64,000 nt of DNA, from positions 51,956,001 through 52,020,000 of the forward strand of contig OX638149.1 of the NCBI GenBank assembly GCA_951804945.1, given 5' to 3'. A program made the translations under genes and the position numbers. Below the pieces are notes generated by a model that was not told where the DNA came from, did not search any database, and was given only the letters and a program-made list of their open reading frames with translations. Positions 47,901 to 60,729 of this stretch are shown one piece after another. How positions within the stretch are numbered: the first letter of the stretch is position 1; each line of letters starts with the position of its first letter. Source of the DNA: Podarcis cretensis. Lineage: Eukaryota.

Positions 47901-50900
47901 CGAAAACTAAACCTTCAACACCAACTGCACAGCTCCAAAGGCTCTTTGCCAGTCTTTTAAATCTATGGAATACATCGGCCAGAGTATGCAAAGTTTTAAA
48001 AGGAAAAGAGAAGAGAAAAGTGACCCAATCTTTAAGTATTTTACACTTGCCAGGTATAGAGAAAGGTTTTTAAATTGCAGCAGGATGGAAACAGGTGAAT
48101 ACTATGCAATCAACAGATTGTCAGCAAAACTGATTCAGAACTTAAACTGTACTCTGTGCAATCAAGTGTGACCAATACCACATTGTTTTATCTATAAAGA
48201 GACAGAATTTTTGTATGCACAAGGAAACTTATCATTAGGCACAGATGTAGTAAACTATCATTTAGTTTTCAGTAACCTTCATTTTTGTATTTGTCTAACA
48301 ATCTGTAATATTCAATTTCTTAAAACGTTAACTAAAAATACAAGTGCCTGTAAACTAAAACGTGCCTTGTTGGCAAACATGACAGTACACCTAGCTGCCT
48401 GAAAGAGGCATGTTGGAAAACATACAATGGTCTCTGAAAAATTGTTTACCTGTGATGGTGGAGAAGTAGAAAAAGAGGTGGTGCAGGCTTCTTGAGAATC
48501 TTCCACTGATGGGTATGCATTTTCCTCACCAGCTGTTCTGTAACAGAAGGAGGAGATAAACTTCAAAATGGGAATGTTCAATAAAACGCAAGATTTAAAG
48601 TACATACAGAGACAGACATTGTAGACAGACCCAGAACATCTGAGTGGAGTTGAAAGGAGAATTATGAAGGAGCTCTAACTCTTTCCTTATCGGGGTTTAA
48701 ATAAATGCTACTAGAGTGGATTAAGTCTGGATTTTATTTGTCCAGGAGAAGTATGAAACATTATTCACCTATCTGCCTTTTAGTTTTTGTTAGGAAGATT
48801 CTTCCTGATAAATGTTACCTATGCTACCAGCTGTAGAACATAGCTGTCAACATTTCCCTTTTTTAAAGGGAAATTCCCTTATTCCGAATAGGATCCCTCA
48901 CAAGAAAAGGGAAATGTTGACAGCTATGCTGTAGAGATGTACAAAATGTAGCTTCAAAGCCAGTTTAAAGCACCTTATCATTGCTTTTGGTCTGACTGCA
49001 AAGGAAATGTTTATAAAATAAAACCTTTTACTAAAAGAACCCTTTGATTTTTATGACCACATGTTATGTATGCTTCAGTTGAGATTCCTGCACTGCAGAG
49101 GGTTGGACTAGAGGACCCTTCAAACTCTAAAATTCTATGATTCTTTGTCAAAATATTATACATTGCAATGGGTTGGCTCTAGGCATCCCATAAGTGGAAT
49201 TCCACTTCCAAGATGCTTCCGCTGGACAAGGAGGGGGTAGCTATTCATCAGTTCCTAGTTTCACTGCTCCTGAGGGTTGCAAAAAGTGAGGGAGATGGCA
49301 TACTTCCAGTCCCTCTTCCTCCAGCAGAAGCATCTGCTGGTAAACATTCCCTTTCACAAATTAAAGTAGATCCAGTATTTGAAAACTATATGAAATAATG
49401 AACCACGGATGCTTTTGAATGCTGACACTTGAGTGTACAAACACTAAAATCAATGCTTGCAATGCACTGTGTTAGCTTTCTTCTGCAACTCATTTCACTT
49501 AGCAGTTAAGAGTTTTCACTCTGCATTGTATTTTTTTCTGAATATATACTAATGATGCAAACGAGAATTCATGTGAACCACTGTCTACATGAACTGGAGA
49601 GAGTCTGAAAGTCTAAGAACCCTCTAGACCATATGCCATTCACCCACTTCTTATAGAATAGAAAATGCAGGGTTTTCCATTTCATGTAAGGACTTTTTCT
49701 TTTCTCCACCCAGCAGTGCATGATGTAGAGGCTCTGTATTTGGGAAGAACTGCCTTCACCTATGATCTGTGATTTGCATTTCCTCACCTGTAATTGCAGG
49801 GATGCATGGGTGAGGAGCTGGGGTAGGGACGGTCCACAAAGTGATCAATGATAATCCCCATGATAGGTGGGGTCCTCTCAAACTGCCTGCAATGCAACAA
49901 GCAAATGGTGTTATTCATAAGACTGTGTTCTCTTCTCTGCTGCAACCCCAGTTCTGACAGCTAGACTGCTCTTCTGCATCAGTTAATGGGAAGCACAGCA
50001 TCCCCACAATTCAACCCTGCAACTCCACACATGAACAAGGAAATTGGTGTACAGGAGCATGACTCAGGGCTACCAAACAATATCACTCCACAAAATCTGA
50101 GAAGCCCAGGATTTTGGGCTTCAGAAATGGAAAGTGTCCTGGAAAATGTGGATTAGTTTGACTCTCATGCTCTCACCTGGTAGACATGAAAGCTAGGTTG
50201 ATTCTGTAGGCACAGGACAAAGTGATGGTGCCTAATGGAGTACCCACTGTCCCAACACGGACGGTCTGAAATCCTATGGAAATAGAAGAAAAATTACCAA
50301 TAATAAGAAGAATAATAAGAATTTAATAGTCAGCATTAAAGATAAAGATTGATTTGCCATTTCTCTGTTGCTGAATGACAGTTTATGTCATTCTGCTAGC
50401 AACAAAGGGATAGCAATATGCTCTCCTGCCATATCCCTTACTGAAGGCATACCTCTTCCTAATAAATCTCTCAGCATCTTTTTAAAAAAATTTATTTTAC
50501 TAATTGTGCTAGTCCATGTAGGGACAGATGCACGTGCTGCTGATAAATGTTATATTGCTATTATTGACCTCCAGTAAGGGACTCTCCTAATTTCCCCTAC
50601 ATCCAAAATCCATCATGTTACTGGTATATAGTAATTGGTTTTTTTTTAAGTCTTCAGCTAGTTTGTTCATTGCCAAACCATACCTTCTCCCAAGCCACTC
50701 AGCTGAACTTCTCCGAAGTATATCCTATGAGAGAGAGAGAGAGCACATTAAATATAGTCTACTAGGTAGTATAAAGTCAGGTGCACTAAGTGTTTATCAT
50801 TGAGCTGGGTCTTCTGATTTACAAAGTACTTTACAAGATTAAGATTCTTTACCTATACAATATTTATCTGAGTATTATTGCCTTTTACTCATGAGTACAT

Positions 50901-50956
50901 TGTTGTTAGCCGCCCTGAGCCCGGCTTCGGCTGGGGAGGGCGGGATATAAATAAAA

Positions 50957-51000
<44 letters not shown>

Positions 51001-54000
51001 GGGACTGAAAGACAGCAGTTTGTCCAATGCCGTCATCCAGTAAATTCATGGCTGAGCTGGAAATCTGAACCCACAGCTCATATTCCATTCACTGGTCATC
51101 AGATGAACCAGAAGTACCATTGCAAGACCCAATTCAGGCTTGCCTTTTCTATTTAAAAAGGATCCCCCCTCACCTGCCAAACCTTTAGCAGTTCGAAAAC
51201 TTTCTACCAGACATGTTCTAAGACAAAGATGGGAGAAAAAAGTTCTGTTTTAACTAAGGATCCTTTTAAAGGAAACAACTGAGGAAGCAAGTTGGCTTTT
51301 AAAGGGAAAGATATTCTAAGAATATGGAGAAGCTAAAGAAAAATAATGAAGTGTTGATCAAGAATTGCAAAATACCATAGGAAAAAATAAGTGGGAAAAG
51401 TGCATAAGAGCCAATAGTTCTATTGTTTCTATTTCAATATTTATTACCTGTACAATATTACATATTCATGACCTTGTTTCCTAGAGAGTCTGTAGGCAGG
51501 AGTCACCCTTGTTATAGCAAGTAAAGACTTCAGTAATAGAGACAGTCTGTTGTACACAGTGTAGGAAACTTTGATTTCTTTATCACACCTAAAAAGCACA
51601 CAGAAATGAGTTAGTCCAATATTCTCAATGAAGTGACACAAAGTACACTAATACAAGCTAGAGACAGTGACATTTGTGGTCTACTTTAGATTTAGCCATG
51701 TAAAATAGAAGCAATTGAGATTACAACCTGCCCTCAGAAACACAATCTATTCATATAGCTTATGCAATTTGTTCCCAAAGAATATTTATCTAATTGCAAA
51801 AAAGTATTTGCAGAAGTTACAAATAATCTTGTACTAGAATTAATCACTGTTAAGTTTTTGAGCATTTTGTAGCTTATTTTCTTATATAGCTTGTAGATAC
51901 CTATATAATTATCTTGCATAATTCTTATTTCTAATCAATTAGAAATCCTTGTACTTCAGCACCTAGCCAAAAAGATACACATGACTTTAAATACTGAGCA
52001 GGTATGTTCTGTGAAAAGACACTTGAATTTCTCAGCTAACAGATACCAAGAGTTCTCTCTTACTTGAATGATAAATGTCATAAAAGTCCCTTTGCAATTT
52101 TTCTAGTCTAGGAGACAAGTAAAAGCTACGAAGCAGCAGATGCTTGTGGCTAATTATGTTTGCCTGATGCAGAATTAAAAAAAAAAATCAGAACTAAACT
52201 GCTGACTCACTGTAGATAATTTAACTCCAATGTCTTCTACAACACTGTTAAATCAAAACAGCCATTTAAATCATGGGTCAATAGGAGGATTTATTTTAGA
52301 GCTTTCTGCCATCTAATAATAACTGCCCTTTTAGATCCAGGGCGAATTGATTTAAATTAGTCATTTAAAATCACCAACAACCAAAACAACCAACAGAAAA
52401 CAACCTAATTTAACTCAACTTTCCTATTTCGTAATTGATGCATTTCCTAAACCTGAGTGCACACAGAGTGGTTGCTATTACCATTTAACCATATTGGCTT
52501 GCAGCTATAAGTCACTGAAGATAATCCAAACCTCACATGGTTTTAGCTCTACCCTGTTATATCTGCTTCAAGGCAAGTGGGGAAACTGTGAACATGACTA
52601 AGAACATAAGAAGAGTCCTGCTGTATCAGACCAAATAACTATTTAGTTGAGTATTCTGTTTCCCACAGTGGCCAACCAAATGCATATGGGAAGCCCACAA
52701 ACAGAACATGAGTGCAACAGCCCTCTCCCATTGTTGTTTCCCAGCAACTAGTATTCAGATGAAGTCCTGTGCCCTTATGCACTCAGTCAGCCAAGGAATA
52801 TCTGCTTATTGGACAAGAATCAGCAACACACACTTACTTTTCATTCATTTCCAAACACCAAATTTCCAACTCCATGGAATCCCCCTGCAGTGGAAAAAGG
52901 AATGTTTAAATAACATCTTTGTGAGATGCTCAATGAATGGGAAAAACCTGCAAAATAAGTTTATCATCATATGAATAATCTTTTTTTATCTTACTGTGGT
53001 TCCTTTGGAAGTTGAATGGAGACACAAAATTCAAAATACTTCATGTAATAATGAATTTGTAGCTATGGTTTGCTCCTTCTGATTCCTAAGATTAAAGATT
53101 TGTATATAAAAACAGAAGCACCTTTCCCCACTTGTGAGATGCGCTCAGCTTCCTTTTGACTTCAAATGACAAATATACTTACAAATGGCCTCAACAGTTT
53201 GGCCCCAGCCCACATGCTTCTGGTGGGCTGTTTGTTGAAAGCAGTTTGTTTGCTTGTTTAAAACTCAACCCTATATGTGGTAACCATCATACAGTTCATG
53301 TTTTATTTTTCTAATGATGATTATTTTAAAAACAGATACTGTATTTAGGCTGAAAAACTATTTTGGATAGTTAGGGTGCCTCTACACAACCCTCTATAAA
53401 GATTGTGACAACAACATAGTAACTGCAGTTTATGACCTAGGGTGGCTCTTTTTTATGTATAGACTCTCCTTAACAGTGTCAGTAGTGGTGCGCTAAAAAA
53501 CGCTTGCAATAGATATCATGTGTATAGTATGAAGACATTGCTGACATGAGCCTTAAAGCATGAAGATGGCAGAAGTATAGTTTTGCTTAGGCTTTACCTC
53601 AGAGGTTTTGAGAGAGATTTCCACACACATTGACCGCCCAACAGCAGGCAGCTGTCCTGCCAAGGCTTTTTTTGCTTCATGGGTAACTTCTGGGATATCT
53701 TTGATTGCCAAGTTGAACTGCAAAATTAAGAGAGTTGATTTTACTTTTGAGGAACTTATTTGAGAAATCTACCATGTATCACACAACAGGAATGTATGTA
53801 TTGGAACTTACAACTTACTGTATTTACTCAAATGTAATGCACACCTTTTTTTGCCAAATTTCATCACAAAAATTAGTGTGCGCATTAGATTTGATACATT
53901 CGCAAGCAAATACTTTTTTGGTTTCCAGGTTTTGAAATTTGAGGTACACATTAGATTCGTATAAATATGACAACAGGACAAAATATTCTCTGCTGTCACA

Positions 54001-55266
54001 CACTGATGATTACTAATAACAGTCTTGCTTTACTTTTTTTTTGTAAAGCAGATAATATCATCACAAAAATTTCCCAGCTCCTTCCTTGTTCTCTCTATTT
54101 ACAGTTACTCTCTTGAGAGCTTTTATCAGAGCCACAGATGAAAAGCAATTAAGAGAAATCTACCCAGAATCAGCTGAGGTAGAAACTATTCAGACATATA
54201 TATTATTTTTATATCCAGTACCACAAGATGCCCAAATAGTAGTTTTATGTGGTTAAAAAGAAAAGGAATGCTGTTTTAACATTTTTGCATGGTTCTATGT
54301 CTGCAGTTCTGCTTCAGTCTTTTGTTTCCTGTATCTTAACATGACACAAGTATGGGAATAATGGGATTGCTATGAGGAATATAGTTTACCCAGTCAGAGC
54401 CTGTTGGCGAGGATGATGATCGAGTACAGATTTTTTCACCAAGTCGGGCCTGGACAATCACTTGTACAGTCTGAAAGAGAAAATATGAGATTTGTGAGAA
54501 GTCAAGATTTGTTACTAAACAGGAGAGAGATGAGATGAAACACAGAAACAAAAGTAACCGCTTTCACTACTTCAGTGTTTTTGTTGGTCTTCCATGATTT
54601 TATCCTTCCCCTCTTGCTGTCGAGATCATTCACCTCTCTTGTTGGTAAAACCATACATTTCTCCTTTAATCTGTACATACGCTTTACCAGCTTGCTCTGC
54701 AACATCTATACTAATCTCAGTCAATCAGCGCAGGACAATCAATGGGTGCTATAGGATGCTGTCTATAAGCAAGGCTTTGATATCTAGATACCTCCCTTCC
54801 CTTCGCTAACCTCACCACTGTGTGGCTTCCTGCTTTGTCTACCTGGAATCCCAGTTCCAAACTCCCTTTCCTTGACTCTTAAGCATATGTGATTCAGTCC
54901 CAAGGTCTGCAGACAACTCACCTGACAGTCAAATAAGAGCTTGTCATATTCAAAAGCTGGATGACTATGGGGCTTTGTTTTGCTTTGATACTATAATCTA
55001 TATTTTTAGAAATCCAAATGAAGTCAGAGATCGGCAGAAAATGTTGTTTTAAAAGGTTTTGACATTGCATCAATCAACATTATGGCACGGCAGCATGTGG
55101 CACTGCAATAAGTACAGGGAGTTTTGGTTTGTCACAGTGCAACAGGAATGTGGATTTTTTTTCTTTTTTACTTCTATTCCAAAAAACAAAAAATTACCTT
55201 CAGGGCAAAAAATTTGATGAACTTGTCCAGGTCCTTCCTGTCCTGGGAGCTGAGATCAGTGTCCAT
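38917..55266 (-). CDS. ATG13: ATG13 (autophagy-related 13), whole CDS span, 17 coding exons, 550 aa; HORMA domain, disordered region, LIR, ULK1-binding C-terminus
   Basis: Exons 55198-55266, 54390-54470, 53598-53717, 52838-52884, 51448-51588, 50684-50724, 50177-50273, 49788-49886, 48450-48537, 46790-46888, 44987-45097, 44316-44455, 41792-41909, 41399-41476, 41103-41219, 40201-40329 and 38917-38994 sum to 1653 nt with an open frame and all GT-AG introns. Confidence 0.97.
40201..40329 (-). CDS. ATG13: ATG13 coding exon 16
   Basis: [43 protein letters not shown]. Confidence 0.95.
40545..40660 (+). mobile_element. L2-type 3' tail (similar tail at 50900-50997 with (ATT)n)
   Basis: AGCCGCCC..GGGCGG..ATATAAATAA stem-loop tail followed by TTA repeats. 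Confidence 0.6.
41103..41219 (-). CDS. ATG13: ATG13 coding exon 15 (LIR DDFVMV)
   Basis: [39 protein letters not shown]. Confidence 0.95.
41399..41476 (-). CDS. ATG13: ATG13 coding exon 14
   Basis: [26 protein letters not shown]. Confidence 0.95.
41792..41909 (-). CDS. ATG13: ATG13 coding exon 13
   Basis: [39 protein letters not shown]. Confidence 0.95.
44316..44455 (-). CDS. ATG13: ATG13 coding exon 12
   Basis: [46 protein letters not shown]. Confidence 0.93.
44987..45097 (-). CDS. ATG13: ATG13 coding exon 11 (111 nt, frame-preserving)
   Basis: [37 protein letters not shown]. Confidence 0.93.
46790..46888 (-). CDS. ATG13: ATG13 coding exon 10 (99-nt cassette of the long isoform)
   Basis: [33 protein letters not shown], matching the recalled human alternative exon; phase 0-0. 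Confidence 0.85.
48450..48537 (-). CDS. ATG13: ATG13 coding exon 9
   Basis: [29 protein letters not shown]. Confidence 0.95.
48839..48928. mobile_element. 90-bp hAT-type MITE
   Basis: Perfect 24-bp TIR CATAGCTGTCAACATTTCCCTTTT; 8-bp TSD CTGTAGAA/CTGTAGAG. Confidence 0.85.
49075..49144 (+). mobile_element. CR1 LINE 3' tail (other CR1 remnants about 41680-41735 and 52600-52760, minus strand)
   Basis: GGGTTGGACTAGA..ATTCTATGATTCT CR1 terminal repeat. Confidence 0.65.
49788..49886 (-). CDS. ATG13: ATG13 coding exon 8
   Basis: [32 protein letters not shown]. Confidence 0.95.
50177..50273 (-). CDS. ATG13: ATG13 coding exon 7
   Basis: [31 protein letters not shown]. Confidence 0.95.
50684..50724 (-). 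CDS. ATG13: ATG13 coding exon 6
   Basis: [13 protein letters not shown]. Confidence 0.93.
51448..51588 (-). CDS. ATG13: ATG13 coding exon 5
   Basis: [46 protein letters not shown]. Confidence 0.96.
52838..52884 (-). CDS. ATG13: ATG13 coding exon 4
   Basis: [15 protein letters not shown]. Confidence 0.95.
53598..53717 (-). CDS. ATG13: ATG13 coding exon 3
   Basis: [40 protein letters not shown]. Confidence 0.96.
54390..54470 (-). CDS. ATG13: ATG13 coding exon 2
   Basis: [27 protein letters not shown]. Confidence 0.96.
55198..55266 (-). CDS. ATG13: ATG13 coding exon 1 (exon starts at 55279)
   Basis: [23 protein letters not shown]; acceptor ttctag|A at 55279. Confidence 0.96.
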
Positions 55267-57204
55267 TGCATATGGAAATCTAGAATAGAACAGGCATAAA
55301 TATTCCAATTTGTTACTAACAGGAGAGCTTACTATATTATTTAAACTAATCAAAGTTAATGAACTTCAGGAAACTATGGTAATCTTAAAGAGACATAAAA
55401 CTAATCTTAACCTTGCTGAGATAAATTTGTGTGATTTACATTAATAAACTACTAGCCACGAAGAGAATATGCACCAGTGAAAAGTTTATGTGCATTTTCA
55501 GAATCAGCTCAGTTGTTATGGGAACTGGAGCAGGAAAAGATCACATTTCATTTAAGCTGCTGAACTTGCTAGAACTAAGTGCCAAATGAGTTTGGTCACT
55601 ATATGCATTTAAAGAAGCACATTTGTACAAAGCAACGAGAGTCTACACATGGAAGTCATTCTTTGCATAAAAATTGACCTATGTAGGCAGCAGAGCAGTA
55701 CTGGCAGGTGACTGACCCCCTGATGGCAGTATAGCTGATGATATTTTTATTAAGTCCTCCAATTGTGTTGCTGGAGTGGATATGTGGGCAGAGCTGGCAT
55801 TTGTCATGTCTGTGAAAGTTCATGCCATAATAAATGTCTTCAAGATACCCCCAGACACTCCCCACCATCCCATCTCTCCACCATCCCAGAATGCTTCACA
55901 GGTACATTCCTTGAAACAATATAATGTTAAAATGCAATGGACTCAGCACTGGGCAAAAGTGCAAAGTACACCTGAATAATACTGTCTCTTTCTCTAAACA
56001 GGTGTGATATTTGATAAACTATTTCATTTCTTGATAAATGAACAATGATACCTACCTAGTTATCATGAAACTGTGACAGATAAAATGCAGTGTAGAACAA
56101 AAAGGGCCAACAGATTTGACCCAAGCTGTAGTTAGGAAAATTTGCATGTTTGCTTGCTGAAAATAAAGTTTTATATATCAGAATTTGACCAATATATGAA
56201 TCATGAGCTGGATACAGACTAAGTCGTGCTTGAGAAGACCCACTGAAATCAATGGAACACAAATTGACTAACTTGTCCCATGAATTTGAGTGGATCATGC
56301 TAAACATCACACACTATTTTTCTCAGTGATCTACCAATGTTACTGAACACAGCTGGAGCCTTAATGTCAGAATATTTATTTTCAGCCCAGAGGATAACCA
56401 ACATTATCTAAAAGGTGATATTTTTTACCTATGAGCTAGTCAGGTCAGGGAACTATTGGGTTCTAGGCTTCAGAAAGCCTTTTTGCAACTGACATCCCCA
56501 TCCTCACATGAAAATCAATACACACAAACTGTAGCACTTATCAAAATTTTCATTTTTGAAGTTTTGAAGAAAAACTTCCATTATATAATGGAAATCTAAC
56601 ACAAATTCACATATGTGACACACCTTCTTTGTGATGGTCTATTGTATATTTCAGACATGCTTGTGCTTTACTGCATGGTGGTAATTTCCACGGGACCAAT
56701 CCTACTCTAAACCCTTGTTGCTTTTAGTGCCTCTTTCCTGAGTAACTATAATACACAGCATATCTAAAGCAAAATATTTCATTTATTATTATTTATATAA
56801 CACTTTTCAGGTAAATCTCACAAAGCGGTTTACAAAAAAAATTAAATTAATAAGTATTAATTAAAACGGAGTAATAAAGCAGCAAAAACAAATTACAATG
56901 ACTTTTTTTCCAAAAGCTAGATATCGCCTTCTCTCAGATCAAAACTGTTCTTCAATAACACTGTGGTGGCAGGTTTCTTTTTACAGGGTAAGGAAACAGC
57001 TTTCTTTGCTCTCCATTCTGGCAGACACATTTAAAACAAAGGGTGTTAAGAAATGAGTAACCTCAACCCATATAGTATTTCAATGAGAATACAGAATGGA
57101 CAATAATACTGGTTATGTCTCTCAGTGCAGTGATTCTAGAACCTTCACAAGGTACTAGAATATCAGAGATACTTCATGATTCTCAGGTTACAGATCATTC
57201 ACTT

Positions 57205-57380
57205 TGGGCCAAGCTGTAGCTCAGTAGTAAGGCATTAACTTTGGAGGCAGAAAGTTCCAGGTTTAATCACCAGTTAAAAGCACTTGGGTCACAGGAGGAT
57301 GTGAAAAACTTGTTCAACAACTTTGAAAGCTATTGCCAGTCAAAATAACCAATACTGGGCTAGATGCACTCAGTATAAGT
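57205..57380 (+). mobile_element. Degenerate tRNA-derived SINE
   Basis: GCTGTAGCTCAGTAGTA box-A-like head and a decayed body ending in CAATACTGGGCTAGATG..CAGTATAAG; boundaries approximate. Confidence 0.55.
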
Positions 57381-57719
57381 TTTCTATTTCACAAGGCTTT
57401 CCAATTAACAGCAGCATTGCTTTCTCTAGTACAAACTCCTTAAAAGCAGGAAAACATTTTTAAAAGAGCCCAATAAAAAAATTCAAATAAAAGCCAAACA
57501 CATCTGGGTGACACACAAAGCATTTATGAACCTGCTCCTCCTTTGCCTGTTTACCATGTTTTGAGAGTAGGGAGCAGTTGTCTTGGCAACATTTGCATCA
57601 CAATCTCCTAAGAGGAACAAGAAACACTAGATAGAGCTCCAACTTAGGGGTTGATTCTTTCAGGAGAAATAATTATCCTTGAATTCAAGTCCAGGCAGAT
57701 CTAATGTATGCCACCTCAC

Positions 57720-57789
57720 CATTAGTCTTTCTTGGACCCAGAGAACTGAGTGTAATGTTAAAGGCAAGAAATTTCAGCCTGCTCAGTAC
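57720..57789 (-). other. ATG13: Candidate ATG13 non-coding 5'UTR exon (70 nt)
   Basis: Strong acceptor ctctcctttctag|G and donor ATG|gtgagg between the first exon and the start-codon exon. Confidence 0.55.
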
Positions 57790-60495
57790 CTAGAAAGGAG
57801 AGTTTGTGGGAATCCACTGTAAGTTACTGATTTTCTGAATTAAAAAACAACAGCTACATGTAATAATAATCATAAATTATTTAACAACATTAGAAGAAAA
57901 CTGAGTATATAATATTTTGGGCCAGTAAGAATATGTTGCAGTATGGAGTGCTTCTGTATAGTGCTCCAGTCAGCCAAGCTTTCCTTCCTTACACTCCTGG
58001 CATCACCCACCTCAGTCAATGTACTCAGCCTTCAATGGGCTGTTTTGACTCCCCTGTCTCAACCTAAAGATTTTTAGTACTTTTGCAAGCTGGGATACCC
58101 AGAAGCCTGCTGATATCTTTCTCTTGTGCATGCATGGTAATGTTTTGATTACATAAACACTGGCACTTGGATAATTGAATTTGCTCTTAGTACAGATTCT
58201 ATGATAGAAAGCATATGTCTATAAACTTGACAAGCTGGATCTCATTTTGTTCTGGAATGAAAATTAATACTGTTACATCATGAACATATATTTCTAAATT
58301 TGGAGAAAATACTAAATATGATGTCCTAAAGGCCTATGGTTCACTTATCCCCATTTATTCTATTTCCTAAAATAGTGAGACAGCTTACAAGAATTCCCCA
58401 TTTTGTACCTCCTGAGGGCTGCTTCCAGTGTGTCTAGTATAATATGTGTACCTACAACACTGCCCACTATGTGCAAGAACCATGTAATTCTGTTTGATAC
58501 ATGTGCTCTCTACAGATGTCATCAAACGCCACAGCTGGCTCTGGGGACCCTCAGTGAATGCAGCATACATGAAAATCAACTAGAGCAGACATAAAATTCT
58601 AACACTTTACAAGGAATCCTATCGGCAGATATAGTACACAGAGGCATATGCCTTAACTCCTGTAAATATGAAGCAGCCCTATTTTAGGTTTTGTGGTAGA
58701 TTTTCTTCTTGATAGGAACCAAACTATGATTATCAACTTTTTTATTCTTGTTATTACAACAAACTGGAAGGTAGCAAACACTGCTTAGTCCCTAAGTTAA
58801 TATAAATTCTAGGGGAAAAGAAATGAAGAAATGTAATTTTAAGGCAAATAAAAGCATGTTTCTAAAATGCCTTTTCTCTGTTATTGAAATACAAAAAAGC
58901 CAGTGATTCTAACTAAACTATTTTTTGTTTATGCGAATGGCCTAGTTTTTCCATTATGCAATAGGTATTTTAAAGACCCAGAGCCACATTCCAATACAGA
59001 GTTAGGCACACCAAGACTGAAATACTAAACATATTAACTAGAGAGAAAGTCCCACTCCTCGTAGCAGAATTGCACTGTTTTGGTTAAGATTTCAGTGAAC
59101 TTAAGCATACTTGAATTTGTGTTGAATTGTGGCCCAAGAGTTAGAAAAGTCTCACATTATTACAGTCACATTGTTGCCTGAAAGATTTAGAAATATCTCT
59201 AGATCAAAAGTCCATGAGGTCAGATCACATGATGAAGACAAAGTATGCAGCATAAAGACTGGCAGCTTGATCCTCAAAGGAACACATGATGTAGAACTGG
59301 TTAGTGAAAATCGGTCCTGTGTGGCTGGAATCATTTGAAGACTGTTGCTTTAAAGCAGCTTAATCAGTTATCAGCAGCAGATCTGAAACAACCTCAGTCA
59401 ACAAAACTCCCTTTTGACAAGGTCATGAAATAAGTTACAGATATATTCAAGCTCCGACATCACACATGCTAAGAAATTTAGTGGTGTAGCTGGGTTTAAA
59501 CCCAAGGTCATGCACGTGCCACGTCATACGTTGATTACAGCACATCCTCAAGGAGGTTTTATTTTCAGTACTCCTTAGGTTCTGAAAGGTTTGTCTAGAA
59601 GTAAACAGTCCTCACAGCCCTATTTTCCCTACTACCCACAACTCTATACAATCAGACTGTGATCCGCTGCTCTCCCCACCCCTACCTACTCTGTGGGAGC
59701 AGACCCATCACCCTACTCCAGCAGATGCCTAGTCGAAACCCATCAAATTATGTGCATCTGAGGTGCAGGGGGGAATTACCTGTGGGGAGAAGGCTGAGGT
59801 GACGGCTCGGGGTCTCATTCCGGGGACGAGCCCGGAGGCTCTCTTAGTCCCTCCTCATGGTCAGACCCAGTGGGCCTCTCCGAAATCCTCGCGGCTGGTT
59901 GCGACTCCAAGGGCTGGAAGGTGCCGCCCTCGCCGCCTCCTGTGGCTTCTTTCCTCGGAGAGGAGACGTGGCAGTGAACGTCCTTTGCTGGGGTCACCTC
60001 AGGAACCCCAACGGGGGCTCGCAGCACCAAGACCCCTCCGGCCCCGCAGACTTGAGGGCCGCCCGCCTCTCGTCTCCCTTCTTCCTGGAGCACCTTTCGC
60101 GCTCGGCTCCGCTGCCCAATTCCCGCGCGGGACAAGGCTTTTTCCTTAGCCCCGTCTGGGAATATGGCGGGGGGGGGGGTGGTTCGTAGATTCGTAGCCC
60201 AAGCCTGCCGGGAAAACAGCGCCTGCTGGGGAGAAGGGCTGTTGGGACCTTGAGTCCCGAGGCGGGTGACCAATATCCGGCCTCCACTCGCCGCTGCCCA
60301 GTGCTTGGTCCAGCCCAGGGAAGGGGTTGGGAATGCCCGAGGTTGGCTGGCCCGCGTACGAGTGGAGTCTCCGCTTGCGCCGCCCCTTCGAGGAAGGCTC
60401 TGAGGAACCGGCGCCGGCCTTCGAGGAGAAGTCGCTCAGGCCCTACGAGCCGACCTGCCCGTCGTCGCAGGTGACACATCCAGGGTGTCCCTCAC

Positions 60496-60600
60496 GGCCG
60501 TAGACTCCCCCTGCAGCCGCCGCCGCCGCCGCCATTGCTGCTGTTTGTTTTCATCCGCTCAGGGCAAGCGGGGAGCGCTGACTCCGCATCCGCCGCGGCA
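60496..60600 (-). other. ATG13: ATG13 probable non-coding first exon (5' end approximate)
   Basis: Donor GCC|gtgagg at 60496 with a (GGC)6 repeat, inside the CpG island. Confidence 0.6.
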
Positions 60601-60729
60601 CTTTCCACAGAGACGAGGACCCGCCTCCCGTTATCAGCGACCCTCCCCCCCCCGCCCCAATGGGCCAGCCCGCAGCCGTTAAGTACCGGCGGGAGGCGAG
60701 AATGCCCACCTGGGAGGCTTAAAGGGGTG

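Noticed and set aside
59770-59795. Minus-strand ccttctccccacag|gtaatt, a recursive-splice-like AG/GT site in ATG13 intron 1
   Set aside because: The intron is short and the site could simply be an alternative first-exon donor or chance; no support without RNA data.
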